Origin: the human T2T-CHM13v2.0 reference genome, Homo sapiens
Assembly: GCF_009914755.1 (NCBI RefSeq)
Contig: NC_060942.1
Length of the DNA: 64,000 nt
Reading direction: 5' to 3' (one strand)
Each line of letters begins with the position of its first letter. Position 1 is the first letter of the stretch. A model generated the notes under the pieces. The model worked only from the letters and a program-made list of their open reading frames with translations. It did no database searches and was not told the origin of the DNA. The translations under genes and the position numbers were made by a program. Shown here in pieces: positions 54,531-64,000 of the stretch.

Positions 54531-55944
54531 TGTTGAATGGGATTTAACAAAGCAAACTGTGGAAAAGACAATTGGAGACTGAAATATTTTCATGGTGAAG
54601 ACACTGAGGCATGATGGAGCCTGGCAGGCTCCAAGACCTGTGAGTCTTTTAGGGTAGCTGGAGGTTCCAGCCTATGAGGGATGTATCAAGTGTAGGTAGG
54701 CACAAGAATATGGAAGGCCTTAATGACTTTCTAGGAAATCAGAATTTTATAAGTGATTGGAAATCATTAAAGAAGCTTCCATAGGGAAGCAATATGATCA
54801 GATCTGTGATTTGGGAAGAGGAGTCAGTTTGAAGTGTCTACTAAGTAAGGTCTTAGGAAGGAGAGGATGAGATTCTGAATCTGAATATTGAGAACGGAAA
54901 TCAATATCCATCTAGGAAGTAGAATAGCTGAAGATAGCACTTGTCTCAGAGACAAGTGCTCTCTTTTTGCAGCTTAGGGCCCTTTTCCTGCTGAGTTCTG
55001 GGAGGTTTTGCCATACTTTTTCCCTTTCTTCTCTTTAACAGCCACAGGTATTGACTTCTTAAAAATAATTCCTTATATTCTCTCTTTTAGTAAGATTTTT
55101 ATTCTAATAATAAGAACTACTGTGTGGTTTTAAGTAGCGATCAGGTGGGAAAAATTGACAATTTTATATTTGTAATAAATATTAGAGATAAGCAAGAAGT
55201 TACAAAGGAGCTGTTGGATTTAAATAGTTCTCTGTAAAAGATGCTGTCAGTTTAAAAGATGCCAAAAGAGTTTATAATTTCTTATCCGCACACCCAAATA
55301 TTGGGATAAGCCCTGTCAATAGCTAGTGCTCTCTTTACAGTTTTAATAGAAAAGGCTTCACAATCTCAGGATAATTTGTATGAAACCATATTAACCACTG
55401 ATCACCAGAAGATGAATTTAACCTGATTGTTTTATTATGGTATGAGCACACTGCTAAGGGGACCAGATGGGTCAACAAAGAAGTAGATAATTATGTGGCA
55501 AAGAATGAGTTCTGTCAATCAGTTTTTTTTTTTCTAGCCACGCCGAAAAATACATTAACAAACCCCTACAGTGTCAAAGGCTTGACATAACCCCTGTTTT
55601 TCAACATGATTCTGCCATTCTTTAACAGCTTTGGGGCTTGGGTCCAATTAGTTTCAGTCTTCCTGGTATGAGCTGAAACCTAGGCTGAGGCAATCACAAT
55701 AAATACTTGGTAGACTCCAGAAGAATGATTGTATTCCCTAGCCACAAGCAATTAAGCACTAGATGTATTCCTTGTAAACCTTTGCAAATGCAATGAAAAA
55801 CATGTTTTAAAAGACAAATAATTAAGTGGCTTCTTTCCTTTGGTGGCATTTAGGTAAGGGAAAATTAAAGCTTCTTGTTTCACCTAAGAGGAGAAGAGAT
55901 TTTCTGCTATAAAAATTACGATGGCTTGCATACAACCTGCTGGT

Positions 55945-56098
55945 AATCTTTCAGAAATTATAGAGAATGGGATAGATGCCAGAAACCAGATGGGCAAATA
56001 TCCTGAAATTTAAAAGGAGAAAAAGAATGTCTTTTACAAACTACTGGGGGAGAAACTTAATTTCAATTCCCTACCAACGTCTAGAATGTACTAATAAG
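55945..56098 (+). mobile_element. L3/CR1 LINE ORF2 fragment
   Basis: Translation MPETRWANILKFKRRKRMSFTNYW resembles CR1 VPEDWRRANVVPIFKKGKKEDPGNYR. Confidence 0.7.
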
Positions 56099-56108
56099 AA
56101 TTTCGATT

Positions 56109-56393
<285 letters not shown>

Positions 56394-56429
56394 AAGAATT
56401 TAGATTTAAAAGGGAACTGAGCAGACTTA

Positions 56430-57200
56430 TTCTCTAATCCTCTCTAGTTACTCTTTCCCAGTCTCCTTTGGTTACCGTTCATCTTCAACTTGATCCACAG
56501 GTATCTTCCTTCCTTAGTACTCTATTTCATTTTATTGAAATATGCTCCCTGGAGCATCTTGCTACAAGTATGGCTTCACCCATGTCTATATGCCAGTAAC
56601 CTCCACATTTAAACCTAGGGCCCAGATTCTTCTTCTGAGGTTCATGTATCAATTGATATAGAATTACCTGGGTATGATATTGGGTAACGAAAGTCAACTT
56701 AATCATTTGGCCAACATCCTTCCAATAAACAACTTATCCAACCCCAAATCTGTTACTCTTTCTATAATCCCTCTGTCTATATTCTAACCACTTGTGCCCC
56801 CAAGTCAGAAACACAGCAGTTATTTGTCACTTCTTCCTTCCTTTGCTCTATACATCTAGCTAATTATTAATTCCAGTCACTTATTCTAGCTGAAAATGTT
56901 CATATCTCTTTCTTCCTCTCAACCTCCACTGTAATTCAGACTCACCTCATAGTTTGACAAAAATTACTGCTCAGCCTCAGAAGTTATCTCCCATTTCTGG
57001 TAGGGCATCTTCTCTCTGATAGCCAAAATGGTTTATGCATGACATTTACCTTACTATGTCACTACCATGCCTAAGCATTGTCAGCATTTTTGTGTATTCA
57101 GAATAGAAGACAACATATTGGCATGCACATTTATTGGTTGCTCTTGCCTCTTTCTTCTAATTGAGGCACTTCTTTCCCCTTCCCTCTGTACTAGCCATTG
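56430..57200 (+). mobile_element. L2 fragments
   Basis: Contains ccatgtctatatgccagtaacctccacattt, cccaagtcagaaac and aattactgctcagcctc. Confidence 0.6.
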
Positions 57201-57239
57201 CGTATAGGCATGGGAGAGGATGCCCTGGTAGTTGGGTAT

Positions 57240-57410
57240 CAGAGTTTCCTCTAAATGTATACATTTCTTAATTCCTTGGAAAACTTAAAAATTAGACCTC
57301 TGTGTCTCATTGCAGACTGACAGAATTGAAGCACCTGGTCTTTCAGTCTATAACTTTGGCAAGTGTCCCACCTGATTTTGGTGCAGGTTTGCATTTGAGA
57401 ACCACAGCTG
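57240..57410. mobile_element. MER5-family MITE
   Basis: Ends cctgattttggtgcaggtttgcatttgagaaccacag. Confidence 0.55.
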
Positions 57411-57822
57411 TGATGGATAAGAGGGAGGTGGGAGGACATGTCTGTCTCCTAATGATCTTACGCTACATTAGGGAAGTTAACATGACTATACTTGCAAAAA
57501 CTATGGTATAAGGTGAGGCAGATATTAGGAAACATGAGAAGAGACAGTAGGTTAGAATTTTGCTGTTGGAAGTTAAAGGCATTTGGACAATACTAAGGAA
57601 CCACTTTTTGTCAAGGAAATCTTTCTGAAAATAAGGTCTTGGGCTAGCCTCTCTGAATTACATTTTTTACTCTGATAAAAATCTTAGAGAGCTTTTATTC
57701 CACAGGTTTGTCTTTTTAATATGTTACTTCAGCTTGCAAAATTGTACTCCACTTCTGAAGGGAAAAGCCTATCAAGATATTCAAAAACAATATCTTAGCA
57801 TAGAAATGAGGGCTGATGGCTA

Positions 57823-58200
<378 letters not shown>

Positions 58201-58444
58201 TGACATGAAAGTAAGTGAGACTGCATACTCACTCAGTTCTCCTTATGGTCCTCTGCACACAATATGCTACTCCCAACTCTATGTCCTTAGTTATGCATGC
58301 ATGCATCTCCCTATGCATTTCCTTAAATCTTACCTATCATTCAGACTGTACCTTGAAAAGCTCTGTGTACTCTGGCTCATCCTACTCTTTTTAGGATCTG
58401 AATTAGTGACCATTCCCACTCACAGTCATTGTCATCTCCTCCTT

Positions 58445-58680
58445 TTAACATTCACCAAGTGCTTGCTTTGTAACAAGCATTGGATTAAATGTTTACACAA
58501 AATGGGTAACTTAATCCTCATGATAATTCTGTAAATTCAGCAGCATTTTTATCTTCACTTTACATGTGAAGACAGAGAAATTTAAATTGCCTCCAGTGAT
58601 AGGGCCTGCAAGTGGCAAAGTAGGGATTGGAGCCCAAGTCTCAACGGTTCCCGAGTCCAGGATGGAATAGTGCTGCCATT
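58445..58680 (-). mobile_element. MIR SINE
   Basis: Contains ttaatcctcatgataattctgtaa, cactttacatgtgaagac and aagtggcaaagtagggattggagcccaagtct. Confidence 0.75.
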
Positions 58681-58789
58681 AGGTTCTTTGTAACTACTTC
58701 ATTCATACCAGTTTCTTCTCCTTCCCCCAGATCACTGTAGTTTCCCCAGAGAAATGACTTAGTGGAGTGAGCTGATCATTGACTAGGAG

Positions 58790-59273
58790 TCCATGTGATG
58801 GTGCTTGTTCTCTTGCAGACTCATTCTCAGCACACCTCTGCCTACCTCTGTGCGCCAGGTGGTTGGTCTCTGTGAATCGCATCATCCAAACTCCTTTGAC
58901 CTCTGTCTTCCTTCTGGTTGCATTTGGCCAACAGGAGTCAGGAGAATGGAGGAGAGAGAAGCCAGAGTATTTCTTCCCTGCTTCATCTCTGCTTTGGGGA
59001 TGCTTGGCAATGATGGTATCTCTCTCTTTACTACTCAAAATTTGAGCAAGTATTCTCTTTCCATGGTTTCAGTTCTCAGTTGTTTCCAGTACTTTATTTC
59101 TTTCTCTTGTTCCCTTGGCCCTAGGGGTGGTAACAGCTTCCCACCATTGCTAGCTTCTGGGTGCCTCATTCTCCTGGTTTGTTCCTATTTCTCACACTGC
59201 TGTTATTAATCACCTCTGCATTTGGAGCATCTGGGTTCATTCTGATTCTCGCCAGGAGACTACCTGATATACA
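58790..59273 (+). mobile_element. LTR16-like ERV-L LTR
   Basis: Contains ggccctaggggtggtaacagcttcccaccattgctagc and tttggccaacagga, and ends ctgatataca. Confidence 0.7.
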
Positions 59274-59329
59274 TAACAACTGGCTTTTACACGCAGCTCT
59301 GTACTAACCAGGCCAGCTTTTTCCTGTAG

Positions 59330-60290
59330 CCCCAGGCATATAAACCTGATTCTCCAACAAGACCATTCCCCCTTGGATGCCCCATCAATGTTTTAAACTT
59401 AACATTTCCAAACCTGAAGGTATATGTTTCCACAAAGTCTATGTTTGACCCTATATTTCCTAGGCTGGTAGCTGAGTCATTTCAGTTAGAAACCTGTAAG
59501 TTATTCTAACCTCTTACTCCTTCATTTTCTCACAGTCAATGCTACTAAGTTCCTTAGTTTACATCCTTACTACAGTTCAAATCCACTTCTTCCTTTCTCT
59601 TTCCCAGATGCCACGGTTTCTGTTTAGATTCCCACTGTCTATCATTTGGACAATTAAATTGCAATAGCTTCTTAATTGGTTTCTTCAACTCCAGTCTTGC
59701 ACATCAATGCTGCTGCCAGAGTGAGCTTTATTTTTAATTTAAAAAGCAAATAGATGTATATATTGGAAATTCAAATAATGTATTTACAAAGTTAAAAGTC
59801 TTCCCTCTTAACCTCAAAGCCATTCCATGGTGGTAACTACTAAATTTATTTTAGATATGATCATTTTTCTGTGTGTATAAATCATGTATACATACGAACA
59901 CATGTAGACTTACTTAAAATGTTATTATACAATATGCAGTTTAACAATTTAGAAAACTATGGATGAGTTATTATTTTAAAACTAACATCTAATATTATCT
60001 CTTTTATTTCTTAAAACTCTTCTATAGCATCCTATCATTTTAGGATAAAGTCCAGGCACTTCTATATGATAGCGCCAAACCCTGCATGATGAAGCCCTTG
60101 TCGAATTCTCTGGCCTCATCTCTTCCTACATTCTTTTTCATCCTATGGTCCAGTCATATTGAAGTGCTAACTGCTTCCTAAAAACACCTGACTGTTTCAA
60201 GTCCTCTTTGCCTCTCTAATTTGTCTCTTTGCTAATTTGAGAATGTGTGTTTCTTCACTTAGTAGATTTTAAGCCTCTCAAGGAAAAAGC
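59330..60290 (+). mobile_element. L2 fragments (with a small L1M insert)
   Basis: Contains ttaaacttaacatttccaaacctgaa, gcaatagcttcttaattggt and ttaggataaagtcc. Confidence 0.6.
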
Positions 60291-60934
60291 CATTGCTAGG
60301 AGGCTGGTTAATAATTTCTGACTTTTGAGACCTCTAGAACACATAGATCCTCTCTGATTGCCAGTTTCATTTTGATTGCCACCATCTCCTTATTTCTTAG
60401 CTTTGATTCCTAACCTAGTTAGTGGTTGTAAGCTAAGGAATCTTTATATTTGGAAGGCTGCATCCCTGAATGTCATGTGCCACCTTCTAAATGTTTTCAC
60501 TGCTATAGATTTAGTTTAAAGTATCTACCTATTACAGGTTTTAGATGGTCATTTTCTATAACATCAATGCCAGAAAATAAAGATAATTAATTAGAATATT
60601 ACACTTTACTTATCCCTTAAAATTTCTGATATAAAATAGGTTTTTAGACTTAGAAATGTTGCTATTGATCTCTGTTGTATCTTGAAAATAAATGTGTAGC
60701 ATAGCAAACCAAAAAAAGAAAAGATAGGTAAATACAAGCAAAAATCATTGCTATTTATACCATAAATATTTTAAACTCAGGTGGCAAAAAGAAGAATGGA
60801 CACATATAAACTGCTTCCCTTAAAATAGTCTTGGGAAAATAACCTAGGAGAACATGTACATTTCTGCCTTCTTTCAAAAATTAACATACAGAGTAGGAAT
60901 AACTATGTAGATGATCAATTTAGTCTAATTCTGC

Positions 60935-61591
60935 TTTTTTTTTTTTTACTTCTAAGTTATTTTATTTTTTTTAAATTAAATTAAATTAAATTTTAAGTGC
61001 TGGGATACATTTGCAGGACCTGCAGGGGTTTGTCACATATGTAAATGTGCACCATGGCAGTTTGCTGCACCTATCAACCCATCACCTAGGATTTAAGTCC
61101 CTCATGCTTTAGCTATTTATCCTGATACTTCCCTCCCTCCACCTTCCTGACAGGCCCCAGTGTGTGTTGTTTCCCTCCCTGTGTCCATGTGTTCTCATTG
61201 TTCAGCTCCCACTTATAAGTGAGAACATGTGGTGTTTAGTTTTCCGTTCCTGTGTTAGTTTGCTGAGGATAATGGCTTCCAGCTCCATCCATGTCCCTGC
61301 AAAGGACATGATCTTGTTCCTTTTTATGGTTGCATAGTATTCCATGATTTATATGTATCACATTTTCTTTATACAGTCTATCATTGATGGACATTTGGGT
61401 TGACTCCATGTCTTTGCTATTGTGAATAGTGCTGCAATGAAGATACATGTGCATGCATCTTTACAATATAATTATTTATATTCCTTTGGGTATATACCCA
61501 GTAATGAGATTGCTGGGTCAAATGGTATTTGTGGTTCTAGGTCTTGGAGGAATCACCACACTGTCTTCCACAATGGTTGAACTAATTTACT
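60935..61591 (-). mobile_element. L1PA8-10-type 5'-truncated 3' end
   Basis: Contains ggataatggcttccagctccatccatgtccctgcaaaggacatgatc and a poly(T) tail. TSD-like aattctgctt/aatcctgctt flank it. Confidence 0.95.
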
Positions 61592-62654
61592 GAATCCTGC
61601 TTCTTAAATTGGAAGTAAATTTATCTGGCGGGGCAGCTTGGCATAACTCTGTAGCACTCATAACTTACTAATGTGGGAGTGCATATTGGAGTCATAGGAA
61701 GGTATTTTAAATTATTTTATTTAAATTTATAAAATTTAAAATTTATACTATAAATTTACAAGGAAATGTATCTGATATAGTTCTAAGAGTATGAAATATT
61801 TGAGAGTAATTAAAAATTTAATGCAGGTTAGTGGTAGTCCATGTCAATATTTGGAGCTGAGTTCTCCAAGTGAACACTGATCAAGAGATATTTGTAGGAG
61901 TTTTCACTCTCTAGGAATTTCTGTCTGTGAAAAAGAACAGTCAAAATGTCACCTATAAATACTTTAGGCAAAATTATTAGAAAAAATTTAGAATGCATAC
62001 AATACACTTTCTAGAATGTTTTGTAGCAATAATACTCCAAAATCCATCTTACCAAGTGATACTTTCCTTAAAGTGAGAGGCACTGTTTGGATCTCAGGTG
62101 CACTCATGATATGTTTCTCTTGTTTGTTTCTTTGTGTGGACACAGTTGGTGAGACCATGCTTTTGAGCTATCCAGTCTTGATAGCGGCAGAGACTTTCTC
62201 CTGGGCTCACCATGGCAATAAAATAGGGAGTGAAAATAACCCTGAGGTATTAGCTTGTGAGAATTGTAATGAGTCTGCTCAGACCCTTGCAAAATTTTTT
62301 TCCCTTCTTTCGTTTTTCACAGTTGTAAGTCCTTATTGTGCTAATGGATACAGGGGTCATAATATGATAAATATAGAAAGATACTGGCCAGATTGCAGTT
62401 AAACTTTAAGAGTAAGTAGAATCTAATCTTAGAGGTGTAAGGGAAGCCTTCCAGACAGTAGAAACAGCATGAGCAGAGGCAGGATGGTAGTAGAGAATTA
62501 CCTGGTGAATGTATCACCATTACCTGTGAAAGAACAAAGAAGACAATGGCAACAAAGACGAGGAGACGTGGATGCTTGTTCTGCTGCACGATGTGCTATG
62601 TCATCCCACTTCCCTGGGCCTAACTATGTGGGTGAACTGTACGTGTATGGCTGT

Positions 62655-63079
62655 GGCTATGGTTTGGACATGGTTTGTTTGGTGCCAAGCCTCATGTTGA
62701 AATTTGATCACCAGTGTGGGAGGTGGGGTTTAGTGGGAGATGTTTGGATTGTGGGGATAGATCCCTTATAAATGGCTTGGTTTCATTCTTATGGGAGTAA
62801 GTGAGTTCTCATTCTTAGTTCCCGTGAGAACTGGTTGTTGAAAAGAGCCTGGTACCACCTCCTCTCTCCCTTGTTGCTTTTCTTACCATGTGATCTATGC
62901 ACACATTGGCTTCTTTTCCTCCTTCTACCATGAATTGAAGCAGTCTGAAGCTCTCACCAGAAGACACTGGTGCCATGCATCTTGCATAGTCTAAAGAAGT
63001 GTGAGTGAAAAAAACCTCTTTTCTTCATAAATTACCAGCCTCATGTATTCCTTTTTAGCAAAACAAATGGACTAAGACG
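62655..63079 (+). mobile_element. MST (MSTB-like) MaLR solo LTR
   Basis: Contains gctatggtttggacatggtttgtttg and ctcatgttgaaatttgat, and ends aaatggactaagac. Confidence 0.9.
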
Positions 63080-63569
63080 GTACGTGTATTATATATACAC
63101 ATAAGGATTTGGAATTAAGGAGTTAAACTACTCCATATCTCAAGCTTTTTCCAGCTCTCACTTCTAGGAGCCATGTTACTTGAACTAAGATCTGTTGGGA
63201 ATCCTATAGAATTGATGGTGATTATGATGACAATTCCTGTGTATAGTTAATGTTTCTGCCTAGAGAGAGGAGTGGTACGTGTGATCTTGGGTGCATAAGT
63301 ATCTAGGTGGCCTTTACTCTCCATTTTACAAGGAACATACTTAGTGGTTTTGGCACAGCCTGTGTAGTAACTTCATGTTTGGTGGGTTTTGTTGTCTACG
63401 TGCTGGTTGCTCTCTCTGGATGCTGGAGGAACTTCTGTGTGTGATACCATTCTATGTGAACTTTGAAGTTAGGGAGGATAAGATGAAGAAAAGGAAGACT
63501 GGAAGTCCTAGATTATTTTTTCTGGGCCCGGCCTATATTGCTTTTTATACCATCAACATATGACATTGT

Positions 63570-63735
63570 CAACCAAAAGAAATTATGTCAAGTTTAAGAA
63601 GCCTCTGAAGTAGTGCTCTTAAATCCTGTCCATGACCCTGTCTTGTGCAAAACTTTAATCAATGTCTTGGAAATCTGTATAGAAAGTATGTTTATTATAC
63701 TTCAGCTGCAAAAAGGTGGGAAAGATAAATGACAT
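63570..63735 (+). mobile_element. L3/CR1 RT fragment
   Basis: cctgtccatgaccctgtcttgtgcaaaactttaatcaatgtcttgg resembles the CR1 segment SVLGPVLFNIFINDL. Confidence 0.55.
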
Positions 63736-64000
63736 ACATGTTCACCTATTACTTAATATTCACCCCACATTACTTAGACCATTTGCTAATAGCTGGCTGT
63801 CTAACTGCTCCCAGCCAACAGGCTATGGGCAACACACTTATGAAATGGTGTGAGATGCTCTAGTTCTCTTATGCTGTTGCGGTGATTGTGAAGGGCTCCT
63901 ATTTTACAAGGTACAGCTACAAAGTACTGAAGCCAACCTCAACCTCGGCCTCTGAGTGACTGTGTAGAGGAGAGCCCTTTGCTGGCCTTGTTGAATAAAC

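Noticed and set aside
62639-63089. gtacgtgtat on both sides of the MST LTR
   Set aside because: Probably the TSD plus local slippage, too short to interpret further.

Overview
This is AT-rich, CpG-depleted primate (human-like) non-coding DNA, either intergenic or intronic. It has no CpG island and no recognisable protein-coding exon, tRNA, rRNA or CRISPR array. The window is dominated by interspersed repeats: primate L1PA/L1PB and older L1M LINEs, AluJ/S/Y, MIR, L2 and L3/CR1, a full-length THE1 MaLR provirus, MER41, ERV-L/MLT2, MLT1, MST and LTR16 remnants, and the DNA transposons MER5, MER58, MER63, MER91 and MADE1. The ORFs in the track are repeat-derived or appear to be chance ORFs. The most interesting unexplained structure is an ancient duplicated non-coding module (about 30.9-31.3 kb and 38.2-38.55 kb). 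Its similarity is concentrated in motif-rich blocks, which suggests a duplicated enhancer pair. Other oddities are a 71-bp duplication flanking an ERV-L remnant, a 152-bp tandem duplication, an ectopic L1 5'UTR snippet and several strong hairpins. I found no convincing novel gene system. Repeat subfamily calls come from recalled consensus sequences, and boundaries of old repeats are approximate.
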